From the NCBI GenBank assembly GCA_903869365.1, contig CAIPYV010000009.1:1042-65041 (forward strand): a DNA stretch of 64,000 bases. Direction: 5' to 3'. The position numbers were made by a program, and so were the translations under genes. The number at the start of each line of letters is the position of its first letter. Positions within the stretch are counted from its first letter, which is position 1. Shown piece by piece: positions 33,521 through 42,668 of the stretch. Under the pieces are notes generated by a model, which saw nothing but the letters and a program-made list of their open reading frames with translations, was not told the origin of the DNA and did not search any database. This DNA is from an uncultured Chlorobiaceae bacterium. GTDB taxonomy: Bacteria; Bacteroidota; Chlorobiia; Chlorobiales; Chlorobiaceae.

Positions 33521-34963
33521 ATGCAAGCAATAAAAAAGGTCCTGCTGGTTTTTCTGCCTTCTGAAAGCGGTGTGGACGGGGCACGCTCACTGTACAGCGA
33601 AAGGGATCAGAACAACATATTCTCCTGGTTCAACCGTTCGCTGAGAACCATCATCAAGCAAAGCCAGTTCGCTATTCCTCCTCTCTCACTCATGATCCTC
33701 AGTTCTATCGAGGTAGAGGGTGTTGAGCAATCGATCTGCGACATGCGGTTCGAAGAATTTCCCTTGAGTGAATCCTGGGATCTGGTGGGTATCAGCGTGC
33801 AGACCGGTATGGCAAAAAAAGCCTTTGCACTCGCCGATTCACTCCGTTCACGCGGAATCTCTGTAGTCCTCGGAGGGGCACATGTAACGCTGTTTGCCGA
33901 ATCGTGCAGACCTCATGCTGATGTACTGGTCCTTGGAGAGGCTGACGACCTTTGGAAAGAGCTCCTTATCGACCTTACAACAGAGTCTCTCAAGCCGTTC
34001 TATCAAGCGGAGTGTTTTCCTGATCTGGAACGTCCAAGACCAGTTATGAAAACTTCGCTGATCAAAAACCGCTACTTTACCACCAATCTTATTCAGACAG
34101 GAAGAGGTTGTCAGCATAGCTGCGACTTCTGTAATGTGCATGTGCTCAACGGTCATACCCTGCGCAGACGGGCAATCTCCGACATTGTCAATGAAGTCAC
34201 CCGCTTCCAAAAGGATGATCGCAGAATATTCTTTTTTGTCGACGACTCTATCAACGCTGATCCGATCTACGCCCTTGCACTGTTCCGGCAACTCACTCCC
34301 CTGAACATTCGATGGTTCGGCCAGGCCACCACAACCCTCGGCCAACAGCATGAACTGCTTGAAACTTTTGCCCGTTCTGGATGCCAGGCCTTGCTTGTCG
34401 GGATAGAAAGTATTGAAACCATCAGTCGAAATGCTCACAAAAAGAACCAGAACAAAGCCAGTGAGCTCTCTCTTGCCATTAAAACCATCCGAAGTGCTGG
34501 TATAAGCCTTTACGGAAGTTTTATCTATGGACTTGACGGTGATACGCTCGAAACTCCCGCTGCAATCCTTGACTTCATAAGCGATACTCGACTTGATGTT
34601 CCCGGAATCAACATCCTTCGACCTATTCCCGGAACAAGGGTTTTCGAGCGACTCAGGGAAGAGGGACGGCTGCTTTTTGATCCCCTCGACATTACAGCAT
34701 ACCGTTACACCTTCGGTCAGGAAATGCTCTACACTCCTAAAAATATTCCGCTCGATGCCTTTATCGAAAGTTACTCAGTTCTTACGAGAGAGATATTCTC
34801 CATAAAAAACTCAATAGGAAGAGGTTTGGATGCTCCCAGAGCCAAAGCTGCCGTTCTGCTGTTTAATCTTTTTTACACCCACCTCTATTCTCTCTCCCGT
34901 CAAGACTTGAAGCAACAGCTGAAAAAAGAAGCCCATGGAAAAAACCATTTTGCCATACGCTGA
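33521..34963 (+). CDS. Cobalamin-binding radical SAM protein (class B/BchE-like family)
   Basis: B12-binding-like DLVGISV...VVLGGAHVT; CxxxCxxC motif GCQHSCDFC; FVDDS; GSFIYGLDGDT. Confidence 0.85.
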   Translation: MQAIKKVLLVFLPSESGVDGARSLYSERDQNNIFSWFNRSLRTIIKQSQFAIPPLSLMILSSIEVEGVEQSICDMRFEEFPLSESWDLVGISVQTGMAKKAFALADSLRSRGISVVLGGAHVTLFAESCRPHADVLVLGEADDLWKELLIDLTTESLKPFYQAECFPDLERPRPVMKTSLIKNRYFTTNLIQTGRGCQHSCDFCNVHVLNGHTLRRRAISDIVNEVTRFQKDDRRIFFFVDDSINADPIYALALFRQLTPLNIRWFGQATTTLGQQHELLETFARSGCQALLVGIESIETISRNAHKKNQNKASELSLAIKTIRSAGISLYGSFIYGLDGDTLETPAAILDFISDTRLDVPGINILRPIPGTRVFERLREEGRLLFDPLDITAYRYTFGQEMLYTPKNIPLDAFIESYSVLTREIFSIKNSIGRGLDAPRAKAAVLLFNLFYTHLYSLSRQDLKQQLKKEAHGKNHFAIR

Positions 34964-35034
34964 ATAATTTTTAAACTGTTGGTTATAAATTTCCATACCA
35001 CACCCGGCTCAACAATTAAACCAGTATTAAGCAT

Positions 35035-35454
35035 ATGAACATGAAACCTTTCTTGCCTTGTTTGACCTTGGGCCTTGTTTTTCTCGGGGCATGCGGTCTT
35101 GAAAAACCTCCTGCCACTCTTAAATTCCCTGAAGAAAAAAAAGAAGCTGCAGCGCCTGCAGCTGCACCAGTGGCTGAAAAAGCTCCGGCAGACCCTAAAC
35201 TCGCTGCAGGAAAAGCAGTATATGACACAAACTGTGCTGCCTGTCACGAGGCAAGCATGATGGGAGCCCCTAAACCAGGTGACAAGGCTGCATGGAGTGC
35301 ACGTATCCCTCAAGGGGTAGAGACAATGGCTAAAAAATCAATTGCAGGTTTCCAGGGTAAGGTAGGCGCCATGCCGCCAAAAGGAGGAAACGCCTCTCTG
35401 ACAGACGAAGCGATAAACAACGCTGTTGCCTTCATGGTCGACAAGTCGAAATAA
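35035..35454 (+). CDS. Membrane-anchored (lipoprotein) c5/c-555-type cytochrome c
   Basis: Lipobox LGAC; Ala/Pro linker; CAACH heme motif; MPPKGG axial Met. Confidence 0.9.
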   Translation: MNMKPFLPCLTLGLVFLGACGLEKPPATLKFPEEKKEAAAPAAAPVAEKAPADPKLAAGKAVYDTNCAACHEASMMGAPKPGDKAAWSARIPQGVETMAKKSIAGFQGKVGAMPPKGGNASLTDEAINNAVAFMVDKSK

Positions 35455-35533
35455 CTGGAACAGAACTTTGACATTTACCGACACACAACACACGTTCTCA
35501 CAAACCCACAACCATTATCAGGGAGGATTTTTC

Positions 35534-35869
35534 ATGTCTCGTTTTCTGTCCGCTGCACTTTGTGCACTCTTTGTCTGTTCAATGACTTCTGCCGATGCCA
35601 AGGCTGCCGTTGATGCTAAAGCTGGTAAAGCTATTTATGATACCAACTGCGCAGCCTGCCACAAAGATGGCGTTATGGGTGCGCCGAAATTAGGTGACAA
35701 GCCTGCATGGGCTCCGCGTATCAAACAGGGTATTGCTGTCTTGAACAAAAATTCAATTGTAGGATTCAAAGGTAAAGTAGGGATGATGATGGCAAAAGGT
35801 GGTCATCCGAATCTCACTGATGCACAGGTTGGCGACGCTGTAGCCTATATGGTTCAGCAGAGCAAGTAA
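35534..35869 (+). CDS. Soluble periplasmic cytochrome c-555/c-554 (start MSRFLS)
   Basis: Sec signal; YDTNCAACH; MMMAKGG; paralog of the upstream cytochrome. Confidence 0.92.
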   Translation: MSRFLSAALCALFVCSMTSADAKAAVDAKAGKAIYDTNCAACHKDGVMGAPKLGDKPAWAPRIKQGIAVLNKNSIVGFKGKVGMMMAKGGHPNLTDAQVGDAVAYMVQQSK

Positions 35870-35890
35870 GTTCTTCAGCATGTAAAGCTC

Positions 35891-35915
35891 AAAGGCGGGA
35901 CAATCTCCCGCCTTT
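35891..35915 (+). terminator. Probable terminator after the cytochrome genes
   Basis: AAAGGCGGGA-CAATC-TCCCGCCTTT hairpin with a short T tract. Confidence 0.7.
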
Positions 35916-35950
35916 CTGGTTTTCTGCCGTTAATCACCTGCTATCCGATC

Positions 35951-36208
35951 ATGATGCATCAAACAGAATATCTTGGCTATGCTGCAGGAATTCTTACTAC
36001 CCTGGCGTTTCTGCCCCAGGCAGTAAGAATGTTCAGAACGAGGCAAACCCGCGACATCAGTCTGCTTTGGGCTTTTGCCATGAATCTCGGAATTGTGCTC
36101 TGGCTTTTTTACGGTATTGTAAAAAACGATCTTCCTATCGTTGCAGCCAACAGCATCACCCTGGTACTGCTTATCATCATTCTTTACTACAAAGTACGCT
36201 ATAAATAG
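35951..36208 (+). CDS. SemiSWEET/PQ-loop family transporter
   Basis: GILTTLAFLPQA...TRDIS; LWLFYG; IVAANSIT; 3 TM. Confidence 0.88.
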   Translation: MMHQTEYLGYAAGILTTLAFLPQAVRMFRTRQTRDISLLWAFAMNLGIVLWLFYGIVKNDLPIVAANSITLVLLIIILYYKVRYK

Positions 36209-36297
36209 AGAACGAAAACTTGTCCTATGGATGGGAAATCAGCGGAAAAAGCGTACATATCTATACAACCTCTTCATTTTAATCAATACGGCATTCA

Positions 36298-37098
36298 ATG
36301 ACTTATCTTCATATCGGTTTTATAGGAACAGGAAGAATTGCCCGAGCACTTATTGCAGGACTCAGTGAGAAAAAAAACAGTATCATTTCAGGATTTGACA
36401 ACGAGCCGGCCGCTCTCGCTTCCATAGCTGCCGAATACCCCGTTCAACCCTGTCTTTCAATTGAAGAGATTGCCCTGAAGGCACAGGTCATCATCCTTGC
36501 CGTAAAACCCTACCAGATCGTCGAGGTGCTTGAACAGCTGAAACCCTTTCTCACTGCTGATCACCTGATAATCAGCGTTGCAGCGGGAATTTCATCTGAG
36601 TTTATTTTACATAATGCAATAGAGACCCTGAGAGTTATACGGGTAATGCCCAACACTCCTGCATTTGTTGGCGAAGGAATGACCGCTGTCAGCAAAGGAA
36701 AAATGGCGTCAGACGATGATGTAGCCCTTGCCTGTGACCTGTTCAGCTCGATCGGTCGCGTAGCGATTCTCAATGAATCGCAGATGGACGCGGCAACGGC
36801 ACTTTCCGGCAGCGGTCCAGCCTATATGTTCCAGATTCTTGACTCCCTTGCTGAAGGTGGAGTTCAGTGCGGTTTGACAAAAGAAGAAGCCCTCCTTTTA
36901 TGCGCACAAACGATGCTTGGTGCAGCAAAAATGGTACTGACGGGAGAAAAAAGCCCCGAAACACTTAAACGGGAAGTCACAACACCGGGAGGAACCACAG
37001 AAGCAGGCCTGAAGGTTCTTGATGACCATAATATACGGCAGATTCTGGTTGAAACCGTAGCCGCCGCAACGGCACGATCCGTGGAACTGATGAAATAA
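36298..37098 (+). CDS. proC: Pyrroline-5-carboxylate reductase
   Basis: GFIGTG, LAVKP, RVMPNTP, SGSGPAY and VTTPGGTT motifs. Confidence 0.97.
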   Translation: MTYLHIGFIGTGRIARALIAGLSEKKNSIISGFDNEPAALASIAAEYPVQPCLSIEEIALKAQVIILAVKPYQIVEVLEQLKPFLTADHLIISVAAGISSEFILHNAIETLRVIRVMPNTPAFVGEGMTAVSKGKMASDDDVALACDLFSSIGRVAILNESQMDAATALSGSGPAYMFQILDSLAEGGVQCGLTKEEALLLCAQTMLGAAKMVLTGEKSPETLKREVTTPGGTTEAGLKVLDDHNIRQILVETVAAATARSVELMK

Positions 37099-37103
37099 GC
37101 ACT

Positions 37104-38426
37104 ATGACGAGAGGTGTCGTTCATACCCTGTACCGAGCCCTGTTCATGCTCGCGATAGTATTTACCAGTGCTCCGGCAATGGTCAGAGCACAAGTAAATC
37201 GAGGAGATAACATCTTTCTTGCCTCATCGATAAACAACAGTCAGCCTTATGTAGGTCAGGAAATACTCCTCACTTATACACTCTACTTCAAAGAGGTCGC
37301 ACCGAAAATATCCAATGAAACTGCTCCGATGCTCAAGGGTGTCTGGGCAAAAGAAACCGCTCCTGAGCGTTACATTCAAAGCAAACAGACTTCGATTCAA
37401 GGTGAACCGTTTCGATGCGCAGTTGTCAAGCAATTCCGGCTGGTACCTCTCCAAAATGGAAAAATCACTGTTTCAGGATACAGCATTTTATGTAACCTGC
37501 CACAGCAACAGGGAGCTCATGGCGAACAGGCGACAACTGATACCCGGGTTAGGATTACAGCCCATGACGAAGTTTTTTCCGCCCGTGCCCTCCCAGAACC
37601 GGTTCCTGAAGGATTTTCAGGCGCTGTCGGCACCTTTCAGCTGGAACTCTCGGCTGACAAACAGAATCTCAAGACCGGCGAACCTTTATCTCTGACGCTT
37701 GTACTCTCGGGAACAGGAAGTCTGCTTACCCTGAAACTTCCGGATCTTCACCTTCCCGACAACTTCCGCCAGAATCCTCCCGAAGTCACTACCGCGATAA
37801 CAACAAACTCTGTGCCCACGACAGGATCCATAACAGCAAAAATTACTGCCTGGCCGCAATCAGGAGGTAACTATCAGATTCCTGAACTGCGCATGGTCGC
37901 CTTCAATCCCGATAACAGACAATTCACTACCCTTTTATCAAAACCGCTCTCCATAACAGTAGCTCCAGCTGCACAAAAAACAACGACAACAGCCAGAGTA
38001 TCGCCTCTCAGCACAGTTCCTGAAAAAAACACAACCATCTCTCTGCTGCTCATCGTAGTCACTATCGCCGTTCTCTTTCTGGTGATACGAGCAGCAATCC
38101 TCCTGGCAAAAAAAAGAGAGACGAGCACTATTAAGGTTCCGGCTGATAGCGACACCTCTGCAGCAAACCTTAAACAGCAACTGTTTGTCTCTCTGGAAAA
38201 AGCAGGAATAAAAAGTCCCGGAGGCCTGACCAGAATGGAGCTGAAAAATGCTCTCCAGAACATCGGACTCTCCGATGAGGCTCAATCGGCTCTCCCTGCA
38301 GTTCTTGACTCTCTGGACAGAATTCTTTACAGTCCGACCGAAAAAAAAGAAGGCAGAACGCCTGACTCCATTATTTCGAAGGTCAGCACTCTTCTGCAAA
38401 CATTGGAAGCCAAGGCCGTTTCCTGA
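37104..38426 (+). CDS. batD: BatD-like exported protein with C-terminal TM
   Basis: Signal peptide; PYVGQEILLTY; LPEPVPEGFSGAVGTF; YQIPELRMVAFNP motifs. Confidence 0.7.
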   Translation: MTRGVVHTLYRALFMLAIVFTSAPAMVRAQVNRGDNIFLASSINNSQPYVGQEILLTYTLYFKEVAPKISNETAPMLKGVWAKETAPERYIQSKQTSIQGEPFRCAVVKQFRLVPLQNGKITVSGYSILCNLPQQQGAHGEQATTDTRVRITAHDEVFSARALPEPVPEGFSGAVGTFQLELSADKQNLKTGEPLSLTLVLSGTGSLLTLKLPDLHLPDNFRQNPPEVTTAITTNSVPTTGSITAKITAWPQSGGNYQIPELRMVAFNPDNRQFTTLLSKPLSITVAPAAQKTTTTARVSPLSTVPEKNTTISLLLIVVTIAVLFLVIRAAILLAKKRETSTIKVPADSDTSAANLKQQLFVSLEKAGIKSPGGLTRMELKNALQNIGLSDEAQSALPAVLDSLDRILYSPTEKKEGRTPDSIISKVSTLLQTLEAKAVS

Positions 38427-38427
38427 T

Positions 38428-39195
38428 TTAATCTGAAACCTCTTCCTGCAATCCGAAAAGGGAGAGAGCTTGCTCTGGATCATCGGTGATAATACCTTCG
38501 GCACCTAATTGCTTCATAGCCTTCATATCTTCAGTTCTGTTCACCGTCCAGGGAATCATCCTGATCTGCTTTGCGTGGAGATAATCAGTCATCTCACGAT
38601 CAACAAGAGAAAAATGGGGATTGACATACTGAGGAACAAAGCCAAGTGCATGCAGAAACGGTTCCATGTTTTTGGCTTCTTCGATCAACAATCCATAACT
38701 GAGCTGAGAGTTAAGCTTCCAAGCCTCCCGAATCACCCGATAATCGAACGACTGTATCCTGACACGATCCATTACACCCGCATCCGCAATCAGTTGAAGA
38801 ACAAGGTCGGCATACAGGTCTGGCGCTGGATGAAAAATTCTATCTTTATCAGGCCATGACTTTATTTCAAGATTATAGACCATCTGCCCGTTCATCCCTT
38901 CCGATACCATATAGGCATCAACTTTTGTAAAGATGGTAGAAAGAAGAGGTTTGCATGAAGCAATATCGCTATATGCCATATCAAAAATAAGGGATCGCAG
39001 GCGACCTTCAGTGCATGGGCCGGAAAGCCAAGGATCGTGTGATACCACGATCTTGTTATCTTTCGAAACAACAAGATCAAGCTCGACTACCCTGACTCCA
39101 AGATCGGCTGCCTTGAAAAACGCCTGAAGGGTATTTTCAGGGAAGAACAATCTTGCACCTCGATGTGCCTGTATTTCAAAATCCATGAATGCCAT
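38428..39195 (-). CDS. Glycerophosphodiester phosphodiesterase
   Basis: AHRGA...PENT, ELD, HD, NLEIK, QSF, WTVN and GIITD motifs. Confidence 0.9.
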   Translation of the reverse strand: MAFMDFEIQAHRGARLFFPENTLQAFFKAADLGVRVVELDLVVSKDNKIVVSHDPWLSGPCTEGRLRSLIFDMAYSDIASCKPLLSTIFTKVDAYMVSEGMNGQMVYNLEIKSWPDKDRIFHPAPDLYADLVLQLIADAGVMDRVRIQSFDYRVIREAWKLNSQLSYGLLIEEAKNMEPFLHALGFVPQYVNPHFSLVDREMTDYLHAKQIRMIPWTVNRTEDMKAMKQLGAEGIITDDPEQALSLFGLQEEVSD

Positions 39196-39297
39196 GAATC
39201 TTCTTCGAAGGGTTCAAAAAATGAAATAGTATCGAAAAACCCCATCTCAGGAAAGGTTGAGGCCAAAGATTTTCTGACGTTTTCTCAGCAGATCTGC

Positions 39298-39609
39298 TTA
39301 TGCGCTACGTTTGCCGGAAGTGGGACGATATACCTTAGAGGATGTCTTTTTTTTCGGTTTTCTTTTCTGCTGCAGCTTATTGCCGTCAGCGCTTTTCGAA
39401 GCTGACCGAGTCCCAGTTCCACTCACACTGAAAAAATCGGAAGCGTTTTTGCTTCTGCTTTTGTTAAACCGGTTTTTGCGATACTTTTTTTCAAGGTCGG
39501 CGTAAGGGCTTGGCGGCTCTGGCGAGGTATTGAAGTTATTAAAATTTGGTTCTTCAATGAACTCATCTCCATCATCCAAAACCACTTCAGGATGAACTTT
39601 CTTTGGCAA
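39298..39609 (-). CDS. Hypothetical protein with acidic N-terminus and Lys/Arg/Ser-rich disordered C-terminus (TTG start)
   Basis: 103-aa ORF filling an otherwise empty gap; biased composition. Confidence 0.55.
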   Translation of the reverse strand: MPKKVHPEVVLDDGDEFIEEPNFNNFNTSPEPPSPYADLEKKYRKNRFNKSRSKNASDFFSVSGTGTRSASKSADGNKLQQKRKPKKKTSSKVYRPTSGKRSA

Positions 39610-39809
39610 GTTATTTCAATTTATGTTGAACAAATCAAGAGCATTATTTACTCACGATTTTTCTGAAGGGAGTTTAATTTACGAAAATCACATAAAAATA
39701 CAAGCAATACAAGAATCAAATAATTAAGAAATTCGGGATTATGTTTTTGCGTTGCTTGTTGTCAGTTTAAGTATTAAATTTTAGTTATTTCATAAAAAAG
39801 GAGTTTGTT

Positions 39810-39986
39810 ATGGATATTCGCAGATTGATTTTTGCTGTTATTCTTCCACCTTCCGCAGTCATGAACAAGGAAGCGGGAACCATCATGCTCACCGGACTTC
39901 TTACCCTGCTCGGCTGGTTGCCTGGTGTTGTTTTTGCTCTTTTCCTGATATATCAGGAACAATGCAAATGCGGAGCAAAAGCCTGA
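39810..39986 (+). CDS. YqaE/Pmp3-family small membrane protein (58 aa; missing from ORF track)
   Basis: AAGGAG SD; MDIRRLIFAVILPPSAV...LLTLLGWLPGVVFALFLI matches the LPP...LG(W/Y)xPG pattern. Confidence 0.85.
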   Translation: MDIRRLIFAVILPPSAVMNKEAGTIMLTGLLTLLGWLPGVVFALFLIYQEQCKCGAKA

Positions 39987-40053
39987 CACTCTTTTGCTGA
40001 ACATAAAGCGGTTTTTTTAGACCACAGCCCCATTGCACCAAGAGAATCATGCT

Positions 40054-40488
40054 ATGAAGCTTCTCGTTGCACTTGATTTTTCGGAACGTGCTGAAAGGAT
40101 TATTGCTGAAGCGGAAAAACTTGCAAAAGCCCTTCGGGCGAAAGTTTTTTTGCTTCATGTAGTACCGCCACCTTCACCGATTATTGACGTTCCTCCTGAC
40201 GTGGAAGCAGTGGTTCCGCCAGAAAAAGTGTTTAAAAAAGAGACCGAAAAACTTCTTAAGATTGCCCAGCTGCTGCAGGAGAGCGACATTGATACAGCTG
40301 TCATTGTTGCACAAAATGATGAGATTACCGCTATTATCGACGAAAGTAACAAAAATGGTGTCGATATGATCATGCTGGGAACCCAGGGACACGGTGCACT
40401 CTTTCATCTTATCATCGGGAGTGTCTCAGAGGGGGTAATCCGTCGCGCAACCTGCCCTGTTGTCATTGTGCCTTCAATAAAGCACTGA
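40054..40488 (+). CDS. Universal stress protein
   Basis: LLVALDFS; DMIMLGTQGHG...IGSVSEGVIRRATCPVVIVP. Confidence 0.92.
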   Translation: MKLLVALDFSERAERIIAEAEKLAKALRAKVFLLHVVPPPSPIIDVPPDVEAVVPPEKVFKKETEKLLKIAQLLQESDIDTAVIVAQNDEITAIIDESNKNGVDMIMLGTQGHGALFHLIIGSVSEGVIRRATCPVVIVPSIKH

Positions 40489-40535
40489 CCAGCGGCAACA
40501 GATCGAAATAATCAGTTACCGCTGGAAAAATACAA

Positions 40536-42218
40536 TCAAGGAAGCCGGTTCAATGCACTGACCGTGGCTTTGATTGAAGCAAGACTGATATTTGAATCAA
40601 TTCCTGCACCATAAGAAACCCGTCCATCAGCGCAACCGATCTTTATATACGCTATGGCAAGGGCTCGTGCGCTGTGTCCGATAGCATGTTCGACATACTC
40701 GTCAACACTGAATTCAAGATCACTCTCCTTGATAAAACCTTTGACAAATGCATCCAGCGGACCGTTTCCTCTTGCCTCAAAGCTAAACTCTCTCTCCTTC
40801 ATCTGCACGATGCAACTGATCGACGTCGTTTCTTCATCACAACGAAGCGGATCCTCATCATCCCAGCTGAAATGGCACTTTTTGAGGGTAACCGGTTCCT
40901 TGAGTTTCACATACTCAGAATGAAACAGTTCATGAATCTGCTCCGAGGAAAGCTCTTCGCCCGTAGTATCGGCAACTGCCTGAACAGCTTCAGCAAAATC
41001 GGGCTGCATCCATTTTGGAATCTGAAGACCAAAATCCTTTTCAAGCACGTAGGCCATTCCGCCCTTGCCGGACTGACTGTTGATACGCACAATCGCCTCA
41101 TAGGTACAACCGACATCCTGCGGATCAATCGGCAGATATGGAACAGCCCACAAGCCATCAGGGGAAAGAGGCTGGGCTTTCATCCCTTTACTGATAGCGT
41201 CCTGGTGAGAACCTGAAAAAGCTGTATAGACAAGATCGCCCGCATAAGGATGGCGAGGATGAATATCCATGCGGGTGCACCGGCGATAAACCTCGCGCAC
41301 CCGTGGCAGATCTGAAAAGTCAAGTTCCGGATCGACACCCTGACTGAACAGGTTCAAGGCCATGATCACAATATCCATGTTACCGCACCGCTCACCATTC
41401 CCAAACAATGCCCCCTCAATACGGTCAGCCCCAGCCAACAAGGCTAATTCAGCAGTAGCTACTGCCGTACCTCGGTCATTATGGGCATGAACGCTGATCA
41501 GAACAGCATCCCGATTCTTGATGTTTCTGGAGAACCATTCAATCCGATCGGCATAAATATTTGGCCGCGACATTTCAACCGTTGAGGGCAGATTGAGAAT
41601 AATTTTTTCATTTACAGATGCTCCCCAGGTATCCATGACAGCGTGACAGACATCAAGCGCATAATCAAGCTCTGTACCGGTAAAACTTTCAGGGCTGTAC
41701 TCGAAACGAATACCAGCATTGCCACTCGTCTCCTTCAATCGGCGAACAAGCGCTGTACCCTCGACCGCAATAGCCTTGATCTCCTCCTTGTCTTTACGAA
41801 ACACGACATCGCGCTGTAACCGTGACGTCGAATTGTAGAGGTGAACAATGGCATGCTTCGCTCCGCTGATGGCATCAAATGTTTTTCGTATTAGGTGTTC
41901 GCGCGCCTGAGTGAGCACCTGGATGGTGACATCATCCGGTATCAGATTATCCTTGATCAACCGCCGGACAAACGCATACTCTGTGGCGGATGCTGATGGA
42001 AAACCAACCTCGATCTCCTTGAACCCCACCGAAACCAGAAGCTGAAACATGGAAACCTTTTCCTCCACACTCATTGGAACTGGAAGCGCCTGATTTCCGT
42101 CACGAAGATCCACACTGCACCATATCGGCGCTTTCGTGATAGTGTTGTCCGGCCAGCTTCTTGCGGGAATAGCAACCGCAGGGTATGCTGTATATTTTTG
42201 ATAATTCATTTTTTTCAT
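40536..42218 (-). CDS. leuA: 2-isopropylmalate synthase (yeast/actinobacterial-type LeuA)
   Basis: WCSVDLRDGNQAL, HAHNDRG, GNGERCGN, AFSGSHQDAI, RINSQSGKGG and GNGPLDA motifs; regulatory domain present. Confidence 0.96.
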   Translation of the reverse strand: MKKMNYQKYTAYPAVAIPARSWPDNTITKAPIWCSVDLRDGNQALPVPMSVEEKVSMFQLLVSVGFKEIEVGFPSASATEYAFVRRLIKDNLIPDDVTIQVLTQAREHLIRKTFDAISGAKHAIVHLYNSTSRLQRDVVFRKDKEEIKAIAVEGTALVRRLKETSGNAGIRFEYSPESFTGTELDYALDVCHAVMDTWGASVNEKIILNLPSTVEMSRPNIYADRIEWFSRNIKNRDAVLISVHAHNDRGTAVATAELALLAGADRIEGALFGNGERCGNMDIVIMALNLFSQGVDPELDFSDLPRVREVYRRCTRMDIHPRHPYAGDLVYTAFSGSHQDAISKGMKAQPLSPDGLWAVPYLPIDPQDVGCTYEAIVRINSQSGKGGMAYVLEKDFGLQIPKWMQPDFAEAVQAVADTTGEELSSEQIHELFHSEYVKLKEPVTLKKCHFSWDDEDPLRCDEETTSISCIVQMKEREFSFEARGNGPLDAFVKGFIKESDLEFSVDEYVEHAIGHSARALAIAYIKIGCADGRVSYGAGIDSNISLASIKATVSALNRLP

Positions 42219-42251
42219 GGTACGTCACTCTCCTTTTGTTCCTATTACATG

Positions 42252-42286
42252 AAAAAAGCCACCAACCCTAAGAGGCTGGCGGCTTT
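42252..42286 (-). terminator. Attenuator terminator (3:4) in the leuA leader
   Basis: mRNA AAAGCCGCCAGCC-UCUUAG-GGUUGGUGGCUUU-UUU; about 34 nt upstream of the leuA ATG. Confidence 0.85.
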
Positions 42287-42316
42287 AACAACGTTCTTTC
42301 TATCGACAACAACGAA

Positions 42317-42409
42317 CTAAAAAGCACCTCCCCTTAGAGCCATCACACTCCGAAGCAGCAGGCCCTGGGTAAGCAGAAGGTTGTTAAGGTTCGTTGCACG
42401 CATGGTCAT
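42317..42409 (-). CDS. Leucine-rich leader peptide (LeuL-like) MTMRATNLNNLLLTQGLLLRSVMALRGGAF
   Basis: 30 codons with 8 Leu including two LLL runs; immediately upstream of the terminator and leuA. Confidence 0.8.
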   Translation of the reverse strand: MTMRATNLNNLLLTQGLLLRSVMALRGGAF

Positions 42410-42628
42410 AAAAAAATAATTCAGCATATCTGATAAATAATGCTGTAGTAAAAATACAAAAAATGCGAACGCTTGCAAGACAAGCTTGAATATTTATCTG
42501 CGACAAAACCCATTATCCCTTAGTTATACCTTGACCGGTAAGATCACAAAAGGAATACCTTGAACATAGAGATTCTGCTGTACAGCAAAAAAAAAGAAGA
42601 AATAACAAGGGTAGGATCTGTATAAAAC

Positions 42629-42667
42629 AAAAAAAAGGAAGCTCACCTTATCAGTGAGTTCCTTTTT
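42629..42667 (-). terminator. Terminator downstream of tRNA-Asn
   Basis: AAAAAGGAACUCAC-UGAUAAG-GUGAG(C)UUCCUUUUUUUU. Confidence 0.8.
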
Positions 42668-42668
42668 C

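Noticed and set aside
38428-39195. GDPD looks shorter than typical homologs between SHDPW and KPLL
   Set aside because: Catalytic motifs are intact and I cannot confirm a deletion without an alignment
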